Assembly (NCBI GenBank): GCA_973895155.1 | Contig: OZ316892.1 | Coordinates: forward strand, 19,603,869 to 19,667,868 | Source of the DNA: Marsupella aquatica | Taxonomy: Eukaryota > Plantae > Marchantiophyta | DNA length: 64,000 nucleotides | Direction: 5' to 3' | Made by a program: the position numbers and the translations under genes | In this document: piece by piece, positions 39,470 to 53,130 of the stretch | How positions within the stretch are numbered: position 1 is the first letter of the stretch | Layout of the letters: each line of letters begins with the position of its first letter | Notes under the pieces: generated by a model | The model's database searches: none | What the model was told of the DNA's origin: nothing | Seen by the model: the letters and a program-made list of their open reading frames with translations, nothing else

Positions 39470-42400
39470 GGGCAGGGTTCCATGGAGCGAGGAGTAGGTA
39501 CGGACGAGGAGTAAAGTCTGCTCCCTGGGCCCACCACCGACGCCCCGATGACAAAGCAAAACACGGGCGCATGGAGGCATCGTCTCCTGCTCCCTGCTCC
39601 CAGCTCCCAGCCATCGACCGGGAATGGCCCAGGTTGCGGCCGGTGAAGAAACTCTGTGCAGCAAAAGAAACGCCACTGCATGACTTTGACCACCATAGCT
39701 TTTACTGTGTCGCTTGTTGTGAGAGTTCTTTTGCATTGGGCATCACTACTTCCTTCCTCTCCTCTCTCTTGTGTAGGCTGCAGGGGATTTTCTTCCCAAG
39801 GATGCAGTGAGATGGATTTCAGGTCTGCAAACACGTCTCAGTAATTGCTGGCGACCAGGATCGGAAGAAATACATGCAGGCCGCCTGCTGAATACAGACG
39901 CCTTTTCCTTCTTTGCTGACTGCCAGGCACCGTCATCTTGGAGGTAAGTTACAGTCAATAACTTCCAAAGTGCGCCCACATTTCCATTTCGCTAGTTTGG
40001 TGGAGGGTGTTTGTTCTTTGGAGGCCTTGAAAGGAACACCGATACCAGTTAGTCCACTGTTTGATCTAATTATGATCTGTCCACGAGACTTATAAAGTCC
40101 AGGTTTACCAAAAAGTCAGATACCACATTGAATGGGGCCCTCTGGAGATTCGTTTTAATAGTATCCATGGTCTTCGGCTGTGGCAATCAGACAAAACCAA
40201 TGCTGTGCAAAAAGAAAAAGGGGATTACACAATTTGCATTTCACTACTTTGACCGAAGGTTTTTGTTTTTGGCCTTTATTGGGCGCTTATACTTGTCAAC
40301 TGTAAAAAGCAGAGCTTCTTGCTTCTTTCTTTCATTTCCTGACCCCTTGCATTTCGATTCACTACTTTTTATTTCCATTTGACTGTTTTCTTTAGATCAG
40401 GATCAATGTGGGGTTCACCGCAACTTTTGTCCCTATCTGGCTGTGGTAAAGACACCTTCAAGTGGAACAGCAGTGAATCGCAGACCTCAGTTGCCACAAA
40501 CTTTTTCTTTAGATCAGGGTAAATGTGGGGTTTTGTCCCTATCTGGCTGATCAATGTAGATTGGGGCAATTGGAATAGAGTATGTCTTTTTGTAATGTGA
40601 AGCCAGCCAATACCTTAATTGCTAGTTCTTTGTAGTGAAGCTGAATAAAGACCTCGTACTTCTACAGTGTGAATTGTGTTGAGATGCATGTCCAGGTCTT
40701 CTGTTAGGTGGGCATGCATTGACTTGAGCTCTACAGTATGACTTGTGTTGAGATGCGTGTCCAGGTTTTCATTGCTATTAGATGGGCATGCGTGGACGAC
40801 TGATTTGGGTGGTGTGGGTTTGATAATTATTTTTGTATCTTTGACTTCCATGGACCCTAAATTTCTTTACTTAATGAGGAATTCTCTTTCGTGAATGGGG
40901 GTAGTGTGATTGGAGTGGACATGTGTCTAGCTAAAGTCATCCATTAATCCGTTAAATTTTTGTGATTGGCAAGTACAAGCAAATATATGGCTCATCAATG
41001 ACCACCTCCCGAGTAGCTGGATTGGTCTGTTCTTATAGTTCTGTTCATCATGGAAGGGAGCACGAGTGGAACTTCAATGGAAATAGATATTCTAGACTTG
41101 AATGTGACCCCTCCAACCCAAGAGCCACCTATTCAGTTACCTGATGGAAACGTACCTTTAACATATGTCAACCTCAATGTTCGTCCATATCCTAGAAGAG
41201 ATGTCTCTCATCTAGTAGTTAGAGTATTAGCTTCGTTGATGGCAGCACTTGCCACTGTCACATAGGCTTTGCTGCCTATGTTTGATGCCTCGAACCTCTT
41301 GCTGTCAGGGTCTGTTAATAGCAATGCAGTAGCACATGCTCGTATGGTTAGAACAAGACTTGTTAGACACTTAATGCCAACATATTTGCACCTGATTGGT
41401 TTAGTCTATGTGCGGCCACGTGAGATGCTAGATCAATGGTACATCAAACCACGAACTAGACATGGGTTAATGTTGTGGATTGACGACACACCCTGGGAGG
41501 ATCCACAACGTTTCTGAGAGTTCTTTCGCATTGGGCCTCAATTGTTTTTCTATATTTGTGAACTTGTGCATGATGATATGGTGACGGATCCACCTGAGTC
41601 TTTGAGAATCTTGCCTAATCGCCAATTACTAGTGATTAGGCAAGTTGCACTTGCATTGAGGCGTTTGGCAGTCGGAGATACCTTTCTAACTTTGGGTGAA
41701 CTATTTGGTGTTTCAAAGAGCTCTGCAGTGAAGGTGACCTGGAAATTCATTTGCTCTTTGAGAAGACGGGCTGGGCATGCCATTAAGTGGCCAGATGATG
41801 CAGGCCTTACTGAGGTGAAAGTTGGATTTGAGGAGAGATGGGGTTTTCCAAACTGTTGCGGAGCAATTGATGGGACTCACATTCCCATTGAGTTGCCTGC
41901 AGGTGAAGACTCAACACAATACTATGATTGAAAGCATAAACTTTTTGTCATATGCAAGCCATTTGTGACCACAAATTGCGCTTCATGGATGTCTATTGTG
42001 GTCTGCTTGGTAGCATCCAAGATACAAGGTTGATGCGACTGTCACGATTTTATACTCAAGTGACACAGTCTCAGACCCGGCTAAATGGTCCTCAATTTTG
42101 CTGTAGCAATGGCAGTGTGGTCCAAGAGTATGTTATTGGAGATGCAGGCTATCCACTGCTCCCTTGGCTTATTGTTCCCTTTCCAAAAGGTATGACAGAG
42201 AGAACTGATGACTTCAACTACATGCACTCAAGTACAAGAATGTGTGTTGGACGTTCTTTTGGAAGGCTAGAAGGGACTTGGAGAATACTCAGCAGGGCAT
42301 TGTGGAAACCCAGAATTGATAGAGTTGGAGCAATGATTTATGCATGTTGTATTTTGCATAATTTGATCATTGATAGAAATGACGGTTTGCCAAATGTGGT

Positions 42401-43075
42401 GTGGCAACATTGTCCACCGCATCCAGCAGGGTATGCTGGAGTTCTACGTCCCAATTTACGAATGTACAGAGGAGGACCAGAAGCTAGAGATGCTTTGTTA
42501 AATCATGTATTGTAGTAGTAGTGCATGTCATGGTTGTTAATGAGAAGACAACACTTTCCCTTGTAAGAGACCAGCATAAATTAAATTTTGCAATCAGAAC
42601 TTGAGTTGCCAAGAATGTGACTATTTGGTATAGAATGCAGTCCACTTTGTTTGCTTTGTTGTATAATGTTTCATGAGCGAAAGTAGTTACCAATATCAAA
42701 CTCACAATGCATTGAGTAATTTTCAATGAGAGACATAATATTTACAAGGCTCATAGTCTTCCCGCATCGATCAATCAGCATCCTGAACTCATGGCCGGGC
42801 TCACAGCTCAAGTTGAACGACTATGTTTGCAAGTCGCTCAGCCCGTTGCTGACCGGCTGTAACAGGTGATATCAGGGCAGGAACCGACCACACAGGTAAC
42901 AGGGAGCGCAAAACAAGGGGCGTGAGGGGAACCCGCACTCCCTACTCCTTGCATTTGTCGAGGGAGTGCCCCTCGCCCGTAGTCAGCTCTCATTGGCTGT
43001 GGCAAACTCAAAAATCTCTGTCCGTACTCCGTACTCCTCGTCCGTACCTACTCCTCACTCCATGGAACCCTGCCC
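39470..43075. mobile_element. PIF/Harbinger copy 2, internally deleted (3606 bp), inverted relative to copy 1
   Basis: Same 44-bp TIRs; collinear with the reverse complement of copy 1 but lacks copy-1 7154-9609 (Myb gene). Right flank TTA, left flank TTA+AA. Confidence 0.97.
41050..42515 (+). pseudogene. Harbinger DDE transposase, copy 2, disrupted
   Basis: GAIDGTHI, GDAGYPL, VGRSFG (E>G). Stops ending at 41265, 41517 (CGA>TGA) and 41931 (TGG>TGA); 1-bp deletion near 41951. Confidence 0.95.
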
Positions 43076-43821
43076 TTAGGGAGTATGATTTGCCCTCACA
43101 CTCCGTGTTAAACTCTAGGGGCACCCCCTGCCCCTGTATAGTGACACAACAGTGCATTCTCATTGGCTCTAAAGTTAAAACTCATACAGTTAAAAACTGT
43201 GTATAGCTTGGCACCTAGTGTATTTGGGCCTCACGGGATGTGAGAGAGAGTGATGGTACTCCCTGCCCTTGGCTCTTGGCCCATGGACCCTAGCCCGTAT
43301 GCAAGGTAAATCTCCTGTACGACTGCGGTAAAGGGAGGGAAGACCTGTGAGTCACCCACCCCCTGGCCCATGGAACCTAGTCCTTGTGCAAGGTAGCGGT
43401 AAAGCGAGGGAAGACCTGTGAGTCACCCACCCACTCCTCTAGTCTACAGTACTAGACCCCCTCCCTCCATCACTTAGTCACTTACTACGCTCAAAGCTGT
43501 TGGAAGCAAAGCCGAAGACGAAGTCCGCAAAGTAATCCTGGTTCTGGGCATAGGAATTAGTGCGCCGCTGCCGAATGATTTCTAATTATTGAAATTAATT
43601 ACAGTAGTCTCCTCGTGTAGCCGTGCTCGTCCGGATGACAAACAGGCCGTCACGAGACAGTCTCTGTGTTTCTGTCGCTCTTTCTCTCTCGACAGTCGGC
43701 CATTGATCGGGTCTGCAGCAGAGCACTTGAGAAGTGCAGCAGGCAGAGGAGAAGGGAGAGAGAGAGAAGGTCAGGAGGGGAGGTGAATTTGTTGAAGACG
43801 AGGAAAGAGGTCGGGCGCAAG

Positions 43822-45448
43822 ATGGAGAGGAGGAAGAAGGCGATGCTACTGATCGCGTTTGCATGCACTGTGGGGAGTTTGGGACTGCTGGTGGCGCCTG
43901 GGGTGAACGGGAGGGACTCTACGCCGCTTTCATTTGTTAAGAAGACGATTGCCTCCCACTCCATCGTCATCTTCTCGAAATCGTATTGCCCGTATGTTTC
44001 TTACGCTCCCTCTCTGCCTGTCTAATTCGGATCTCTAACAACCGAATTCGTTTTCTCACTCAAAAGCGGAGAAGGATTTTTGTCCCTATCGCGCATTTCT
44101 CCTTTGAGTTTTGGCAGAACGGTGCTGTTTGTGTCGTACTGGTGTGGCTGGATTCGGTGTTAGTCGATTACAGCTTAGTTATTTGCTTTGCCTCCTTGAA
44201 TTTCTTAAATTTGGATCAGCCAGGGGCTTAGTAATAGCATGGTTCTGTCAGTTCCTGCCTGCGGCGAATTTAAAGTCTGTCTGACAGCATAGTTCACGAA
44301 AAGTTGTGATGAGAGTAGAAAATGTATACTCCCTAATTGAGGAATAGTCAATTTGTCTATAAGTCATGAACAATCTGAAAGTACAAGGGAGACATCACGA
44401 GAAGGTCCTATGACTGTCCGAAAGGAGAACCCACGTGTGCTGAATGCCAGAGACCTACACACCAACAACCGAGAGGAACTTGTATGGCTGTGTAAATGTC
44501 CTGGATGTGCCCCTTTTGCCATAGTGGAGGGACACTTCAAAATAAACTATGGAGATAGGTACTCGCACACATTGGTGCGAGTGATTTGTCTTCGCGGTCT
44601 TAAAGCAAAGAATTTCTACTTTTGAGCATCTCCAATTGATATGAGTACCTCAGAGTATTTCAGAAGATGACGAAGATTCAGTAGAGATTGATCGAGTGGT
44701 TACAAATATCCTCTTGGTACAAGGGTCAATAACGCAGTTTGAGTCTACGATATTAGCCGAAGACTTCCTGTGGGCGATTGAGGAGCTCCCGCAGGTCCAG
44801 GATTGGGCATAAAATGTTTTCTCCACTTGTCCTGCCCTCGAAGGTTTCTGATTTGGCTGAGTTGGCATATCGACCTAAGCATGAGTTTGTGTGAATGTGA
44901 AAATATTGATTTTTTAGTGGCAAAGCTTGCATGTGTCAAGATCATCAGGTCACTTTGTACTATTCGGCAGATTTTCCAATCCAATCAAACTAAACAAAAC
45001 GCTTCAACTTCTAATGTCAAGGTTCCTACATACTAAGTCTGCTTTGTCCATGTAGATATTGTAAACGGGCGAAGAATGTTTTCAAGGAGTTGGATGAGAG
45101 TCCTTTCGTCGTGGAGCTTGATCAGCGAGGTATTTGGATCTGCGACATTTCCTTGACTTATGTAGTCCCTGTTGATTCGTTGGGTGTAGATTTTCGTCGA
45201 TCCAGACCACCAAGTATTTTTAAGAGTGAAAACACTGGAATGATTTGCATATTATAGTTATCATGAAACAGATTCTTGGTGGAACATTCTTCTGATTCTC
45301 ACACTTTGGGGAGATTTTGGAACGTCTGTAACTCTCTCTTCTGCAACAGAGGATGGTGCCAAAATTCAGGATGCTTTATATGAGCTGGTGAAGAGACGTA
45401 CGGTGCCCCAAGTTTTCATTGATGGAGAGCACATTGGTGGTTCTGATG
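43822..45448 (+). CDS. Class I CPYC glutaredoxin (GRXC3/C4-like) with N-terminal signal; exons 43822-43991, 45056-45129, 45350-45448; final exon not located
   Basis: [10 protein letters not shown]|YCKRAK...FVVELDQR|EDG...[18 protein letters not shown]|GT; hydrophobic leader [17 protein letters not shown]. Confidence 0.9.
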
Positions 45449-47999
45449 GTATGGGACTTCATTATTCTGGCTTTGGGCACCAACTATTCTTGATTGGTAC
45501 CACCGAATATTCTAACCCAGAGAAAAGTTGCTGCCTAGCTTGTGATGTCTAAAAGCGAGATTGACTTTATACAATCACATCACTAGTACTTAACCGTGCT
45601 AGTGATGATCTCCGGATCATGCAGCAAAGGACTACTTAAAGCCAGCCTAACCCTGGTATGAACTGATATGTATGTTCACTATTTGCGTAAGCCTCATGCT
45701 ATTGGTAAGAGCTCCCGCATAGAGCGCAGAGAGAGGGATAGAGAGAGTTCCCGGGAAGGAGGATTAGAGTTAGTCCTCATCAGGCTACCCATAGAATTAG
45801 ACAGAGCAGAGCGAAGGCTCCAGAGAGAGTTGGGCATCACTGTCCGTACAGCAGTGTGAAGGTCAGACAGAGTTGACAGAGAAAATGGCCGCACTGGCAT
45901 GGGTGCTAGCTTAGTTGCCTTCAAGTATACGCCAAAACTAAAATTAACGCAGAGAGCACAATGGACTTAGTGCCTGTTCCAGTAAGGTGCTGCAAGGTGA
46001 TGAGATTTAGGTGTCGCATCCCACAGAAAATACATGGATGTGCTGTGGGTTGAAATTATCTAATATCGTGGTGGCAACCATATCTTGGTGGCTGGGCATT
46101 TCTCAATAACCTGTCCACTGCTAGGATGTTCAAGCTGAAATAGTTTGTTGATTGCGCTGATTCACACCTTGTCAATGGGCTCAAAGTACATTTTTGAAGG
46201 TCAGAGGGCTAGCCAACCATACACTGTTGAATAGTGGAGTGGCCACGAACATTTAATGTTATGACTATGTGCTACTAGGGAATTCTGATAATTAACAGAT
46301 TGCGTCAAGTCCACCCTTTTGATCAGAAGCAGAAGGGCTAATTTGTTGGTTCCTTTTTCTGTTGAGCAGACACACTGGAGGCGCACCGAAATGGACGCTT
46401 GAAGAAGCTCTTGGGGTCAAAGCAGTCTGGTGATGAAGACCTTTGATTTCATCACCCATTTGCAAAATTGCTGAATGGCATCCTGCCAGGCTGAAGGATG
46501 TCTTGGTGTCCAATGTCTCAACTGATTTTGAGTCGGGGCCATCGCAGAACTGGAACGTGGGAAATGTAACGTTTTGTCTTATTTTGCAGGCGCCTGGCAG
46601 CATGATGTGTCGTGAAGGTTTTCGGACCGATAAAGGCTAGTGAAGGAGTGGTATCACTGCCGCTTAGAGTACAGGGTTGAATTGTCAGCTGACCATTGGA
46701 TTGCAACGCGTAATACCTGGATCTACTCATTCAGCTCGTCTGAGTTGTAGTCCATGGATGTAAGGCCACGCATACTGAGCGCTTGTCTGCCAACGAGCCT
46801 CGAATAAGGCTAACCTGTATTTGCTCGATTGGAGTTCATGGCTCAGAAAGCTTAGGCACGTACTGTACAAAGGTGCCTCTGATGGCACACCCTACTCTCT
46901 TTGTACGAATGCAGATTTTTGAAACCCGGCCGTCCTACGGTTGAACCCTTATATGCCTGTAATTTTGGTGGTTTCTTCAATCTTTTCTCACAATTTCAAT
47001 TCGAAATTCCTCTTAAATTTAGGAAAGTCACAGATATCAGGAATTAACTGGACATGCATAATTTGAGTTCACAGCTCTTCCACTTTGATTTGCGCGACGA
47101 AGACCAGCATTGCACTGCTGAATCATTGCTTTGAGAATACGGAAAGGTATATCAGGCATGTGCTCTAATTCTTTCCGGAATCATGATCCGGAAGGATCAG
47201 AAAGATTTGGTACGGACACCAATCACCAGCGAGAACCAAGTAAACATATGGAGCAGTGATTCTGTTGGTCCAAAGCTATATTGTATGTGTTGGTCCTCAC
47301 TTGCATAGAAAAACGAATAATTGAGGCATGTACAGAGTTGTGTTGTTAGTAAACCTTAGGATTTTGTAGAATTGGAGGGTTCGTCAACCATTTCCGTTGT
47401 GCAATAGATATTTCAGAAGGAATGAGCCTACCATATTGTCGGTGGAGTGATCTGTTTCCATTCCATTTTGTAACAACAAAGAAGTAATATCAGGTTGCGG
47501 TTGAAGTATGACATTGGGAAGGTGTCATTAATGGTTAACCAATCTCCATACATTTATTCTGCCTTACTGCACGTCTTCGTTACAGGGTTTTTCGTTATAG
47601 GGTTTTTGAACGGTCTACGTGATTCAAGAGTACTTGTGATGCCATGGGTTTTGTAATAGCTTGCGACCGTCTTTACATAGGAGATGTTTATTTACTCCGG
47701 AAAACATTGTCTTTATCTGCTTTCTGGACTCCATCGATGCTGGCTTAAGTTGGTGTTAAAGAACGAAAACAAAATAGAGAGTAAAGAAAGCACAGCATTT
47801 AAGATCGACGAGAAAGCCTGGTACTCGTCAAAAATGAGGAAGGATCCTCGTGACCATCAGGAAAATCAACAGACACCGAAAAGGAGCTTTCGTGTTGCAG
47901 TTGATCCCTCATTTCTCGCTATTGAAACTTACGAGGTTGGAGGATTGCACTAGATGAGTGAATTTCTCAGTTGACTGGTGTCTCTAGAGATACCAATCG

Positions 48000-48650
48000 T
48001 TTTGCACCTGCCTCTACGGAGGTGGACACAAGCAACGTGAAAGTTCATGAATTTCCGGAATGCGAGAGTGGAAAATCGATGATTAATGAACTGAGGCATT
48101 GTCTGCTTAGACTCTCTCGTTGATGAAATCTAGATCATGTCCAGATGAACTGCCCGTCCGACTGGCGAAATCTAGGATTCCGATGCAATTCACACCCTAG
48201 ATTTTGTGAGAGGGCACTCCACGTCTACATCTACCCTTGCAAATTCCCCTCTAGCGAAACCAACTTCTAAACGAACTTGTCCAGGACTGAAATTCCTCAT
48301 CTGATTACAGCCGCAATTCACATTCCTTGAACTTTTGACAAAGAACCCAACGTCTCGTAATTAGTCGCAGTTGAGCTTTAAAAGGGTGTTAGGCCTAATC
48401 AGGATGAGTCGTCACTTCTATTACGGTATTCGTCTAGAATCTACATATGCCATGAGAAGTCGATCGATCACTCTACTTAGTGATTTGTACTCTTCTTATT
48501 AATGAATTTCCACCACTGGCCTCTTGCCTTAGCTTTGCTGGTTGGACATTCTCTCATATGGTTGGGGACCTCCACTGTCGACGTATTCTCTGGAGTAGCC
48601 TTGTTTCAATGGAAAAAGGTCCGGTTGAGGCTTGCCGCAATTTCAATGAC
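48000..48650 (-). mobile_element. Possible highly decayed LINE ORF1 remnant
   Basis: Minus-strand peptide GFARGEFARVDVDVECPLT (about 48205-48265) resembles the FARVxVxxDxxxPL motif of plant L1 ORF1; surrounding frames are broken. Confidence 0.3.
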
Positions 48651-51600
48651 CGGCTGACATCTCTCCTATGGCTGGGGATCGTCAATTACACGCCTTCCCT
48701 GGAATATTCTTGTATCTCGCACAGGTGACGCGATTGAGGTTCGCAACAATTTTGATGACTATCTATCTCAGATCCTTAGCATAGTGACCTTGAGCTCATT
48801 TCGTCGATGCAAAAGCTCACGGTCCCGAAAGGGTGAAGTTTCTTTCTCATACAGTAGATTCATCAGTCTTACCTCAGCATCATTCTGTCGTGATGTTCTC
48901 AATGACTCTTGAGACTTGAGAGTCAAAATGATTCAGGAGAGTAGTCAAAGTTGGAGGATCCTGAGGAGAATGACTAGTTGACCTCGAAATTGTCCAACCA
49001 CGTAAGACTCATTAAGAACAGTCCTCTAGACTCTCAGCAGTGAAAAAGTTGGCATTAAAATGCTTTCTGTCAGTGCTTGAAAGAATCTCCTTACCTGCGT
49101 GCTCGAGTGGACCGCCATGTCGTCACCGAGGACAGAGAATAGTACAAAATGAGAGGGTCTCCATTTCGATCAGCATCCTTCTCTATCAAAGTAATCTAAT
49201 CAGCCCAGAAAGAGAACAAATTTTATTGAGAAAGGGCCAACAGAGTACCAAAGGACTGTAGTTCACGAAACACTTCGTACAAAAACGCGAAACAATTCAA
49301 TCATGTGCTACGCGACACAACACAATCCAGTTCTCCACATTGATATGTTTCAACTGAATATCACCTCAGCGTTCCATAATTTCTTTTAGTTGTACTTGAA
49401 CAATCCGTCTACTTTACAAGACTGACTACAATGGAAAGGTTGGGCATGAATGGGCTTGATGGACATGATTACCAACTGCAGTTTGATGAAAGGTATCTGA
49501 AAAGCTTCAAAACCCATTTCTAGCCAGGCTATGAACATCCACACCGGAAGCCAGATCCTGGAGTAGATAGTGGATGGCGTGGTTTTATTCTCCAGACGAT
49601 TAGATTTGTGAGATTGATAACAGGCCTGACTAGGACCAGACACTTTCTATCAGATCTCAAATCGGGCATGTGGTCGAAATTGGATCTTAGTATAGTGGCC
49701 TCTCACATTCTCCTCGGGAAATAAGTCAAACATTGTAGTCTTGTGCAAAATGAGTCGTTCTTCCCTCACTGCTTCGAGGTGTTGCTTTAACCATATTAAA
49801 CTAAAGCTACCTTTATTTCATTTTTGGGTTACCCTTACCTCTCATTGTACATGCTATGCTCACATACTATGGCATATGGGGGAGTGTTTTGGGGAAATTT
49901 TTGCCCGGGGGTTTGCCCTCATTGTCATCTCATCTGCCATCTCACCTCAGATTTGGCCCCTCATTGTCAATTCGTGGCTCAAAACTTAGGCTTGGACTAG
50001 CAAAAAATGGCTTCCAAACATAGTTTCTATTTTGTGAGGAATCTGCAAAAAACCAGTCCTACATTCCCATTGGATGAAAATGGACTGTGAGGCAGGGCAT
50101 GGAGCAGAGAGGAGGGCATGGTTCAGTTGGGCAGGAGTGAAAAGGGCCGGCACCCTCTTATACGAGCAGCTCCGCCGGCACCTGCTTAACCCTCAACATT
50201 AGGGGCCAAGCTTTTCTGCGCTATCCTGGTGGAGAAGTCAGCCAAAATAGTTACATCTGTATTCACATCTATACTCCAAGTAAATCTAGTGGCAACCCTA
50301 GTTTGACTGGTGGGGGTGCTCTTAAACGACACCTGCCCCTTTAAAAGCTACAAATGACCTGTAGCTACCATTAACTTTATCCTGAGTTGAGCAAACTGGG
50401 AGGACAAAAGTGAGTGGAATGTGGGGAAAGGGGGAAGTCTGGGACACTTGCCCATTATGTATGTATGGCCAGTGATGGTTTAAATCACACCTGCACATAT
50501 AAAAGCCCCATTACCCACCTCCCTACAACTCATTCTTGTCATGTGATAAACAGTGTACTCAACATAAAAGTTGGACTAAGCCCAAACCCATTCCTAGTGA
50601 AACTGAATGTGTGCACTTTATAATGAAAGCTGCAAGTAACCCATAGCTCTTATACATGTATTTCTGGTTTAAGTAGGGATGCATGCTCTTAAGTTCCTTC
50701 TCCATATTAGCAAGCATATTCATCTGAGTCAATGCACTCCTTGTATCCTTGTTGTATGAGTCAGACATCCACAAGTACACCTATTCACTATTCTTGATTA
50801 CAATGTCATGTTGTCATGTTGTCATGTTTTCATATGTGAGGTTTGAAACTCCTCTCAAACCCACCATTTGACATTGAATGACTGTTCTCAAGTAGTAAAG
50901 TGCTCCCTTCTTTCATTATAGTAAGTGATCCTAGGTGATGACATTATAGTAAGTTCTTGGTTCTTTCATTATAGTAAGTAATCTAGGTGATGACATAATT
51001 TTGGCTTTTAATTTTTTTTAATAACAAGCTCACATGTCATATTGCTCAATTCAGGGTTCTGAAAGCATTTTTTTAAAATGTGCTCTTCGTACAAATCATG
51101 GTTTGGTTAATTGGGAATAAGGTGCTCAATAAGGTGCCCTCATTTTGAAAAATATTGTAACGCTTGTTATCCTTCTAGAAATGGTCCAAGTCAGAGCAAT
51201 ATATCTTCAACCTCTAAAGTATCAAATTGTCTTCAGGTGTCACTTGGTTATTTTTTAATAACACTCATAGTATGTGAAAGTTGTCAATTTGAATTCTTTT
51301 GAACAACTTTTTACTAACCCGTCCCCCAACCTACCCAAATTTATTATCCTGTCCCCCAAACAAAATTAATTATCAACCTCTCCCCCATTTGGTACATGGC
51401 TTACTACTAACTCAACTATGGTTTATGAAACTTTTGTTCTCATTGATTAGGGCTTCCCACTGCCTCAGCCATCCCGCGTCCCCCTTGTTGCTGGCCCAAC
51501 ACTAAGTGTTGAGGCCTCAGCCAAACTATTCAAGGCTGACAAGTGCAGGAAACTTGTGGAAAAAAGAGACTCTAAAGGACATTTTTACTCACAAAAACAT

Positions 51601-51788
51601 GTGTTTTCTTCACAAGAGTACATTTTTTGTCCCTTTTTCTGTGCAACCTAACTCACAAATGCCATCATTCTGCCTAGACTCTGATCTTGGTGCAAACCCC
51701 AGCTGATATCATCAATTGGTGGCTGGGAGAGGAGAGGGGATGCAGCGGCCATTGCATAACTAGCTTTAGCAGATTGTAGATTGTGAGG

Positions 51789-53130
51789 GAGGTATATGAT
51801 TGATGGGACCCCTGCCAAAAGAAATTTAGTTGATAGGCCCTTATGAAACTTTTGTTACAAACTAGGCCCCCTCCGGCACTTTTGTGTCAGATGTTCTTGT
51901 AAAGTTCCTATAAAGGAGTTTTAGCTTGATATTGTCACCAATAAGAGCTACTAAAGTTTAGAGTCAAACCATGCTTAATGACAAACTACACCGTTTGGGG
52001 AACCGCGGAGTAATGGCTGCCGTCACTTGAATTGCGACTTCTTAAGTGAAGACAATATGGTTCATGACTTTAGGTTTGAATTTTGTCTTTAGGTTGTTTC
52101 ATGAAACTTATGCACACGGTTTGCATGATGTTTTAACGTTTCTCTTTGTTCTTTTGTCTAAGTATGGAATGAATCCTCTACTTTTGGCCATATAATAATC
52201 CCTATTCTTGTCCCTATTGCAACCTTTACAAATTGTCTTCTCACATCTAGACCCCAAATTTGTCTAGGTATGGAAGGAACCAAGGATCTTTTATTCTTTG
52301 GTATTTTCCCTTGTTGCAACTCTAAAAAACTGTCTAAGTGTGAAACAAAGACACCATGGACTCAATCATAATAGGAAAATTTTCCTAGCCTACAATAACT
52401 AGACTAAATGTTTAGACAAAATATTGTACGAACCCACTATGATCCTGTAGCGGTGGATCCCTTAAAACTCCATAATCATGTGAAGACATAATCCATTATG
52501 ACTTCAAGCATAGAGTACTCTATAATCATGTGAAAACATAATCCATTATGTCTTCAACATAGACATACGTGCGGTGGACTATGACGCAACGTGCGATGAA
52601 TTTTTTTTGCCTTGAAAACCGAAAGCAGGCCCATCCAACAGAGGATAGACGTCCTGCTTTGGAGCATGCATTTCTATGTAGGGCAGCCACAAGGGGACAA
52701 TACCCAGGGATCCAACAGAGACCCAGACCAGGAGGGAGAGAGGATTAAACCAGAACCCAAAGTGGACAACCAGGGCTGAGGAGATAATCAATACTCCCAC
52801 CACTACACCCCACCCACACACACACACATACCCTCCACACCCTTATGTGTGGAGGGAGGATTGAACCTGGGACCTCTCGGTTCTAGGCTCATCCTCTGGC
52901 CAACTGACCAAAGCCAGTTGGTTAACGTGCGATGAATTGCGGTGTGTTCAAAATGTACGGTTTATCATGCATATAGGCACCAAATAAGAACCATATGTGT
53001 ACGGAACCTATCTAGGGGCCTAGTTGGTAACAACATTTTTATGGGGGGCCTAGTTTGGAACAAAAGTTTAGTAGGGGCCTCTCATGTAAATTTGTTTTGG
53101 CAAGGGTCCCATCAAGCATAATTATACCTC
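51789..53130. mobile_element. Non-autonomous MULE-like element (inner), about 85-bp TIRs
   Basis: GAGGTATA...TTGATGGGACCC(C/T)TGCCAAAA...AAACTAGGCCCCC inverted at both ends. 9-bp TSD ATTGTGAGG (51780-51788) and ATTATGAGG (53131-53139). Confidence 0.8.
52603..52923 (-). mobile_element. tRNA-derived SINE
   Basis: A box TGGTCAGTTGG (52910-52900), B box GGTTCAATCC (52867-52858), short A tail. Perfect 15-bp TSD AACGTGCGATGAATT at 52588-52602 and 52924-52938. Confidence 0.9.

Larger units (their letters stand above)
39357..43296. mobile_element. Older Tourist-like MITE (about 330 bp) split by Harbinger copy 2
   Basis: Left end GGGCTAGGTTCAGTGG and right end CCATGGACCCTAGCCC (13/16 match). Flanks CACTTA(A) and GTATGCA roughly rebuild the local repeat motif GAATGCACTTATGCA. 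Confidence 0.5.

Noticed and set aside
45867-45945. DRVDRENGR... as the glutaredoxin last exon
   Set aside because: Poor acceptor context and poor similarity to the expected helix.
46292-46900. YALQSNGQLTI as a B-lectin-like remnant on the minus strand
   Set aside because: Single weak motif in broken frames; not enough to call.
52850-52923. Functional tRNA gene
   Set aside because: A and B boxes are present but there is no convincing cloverleaf; the tail and 15-bp TSD indicate a SINE.
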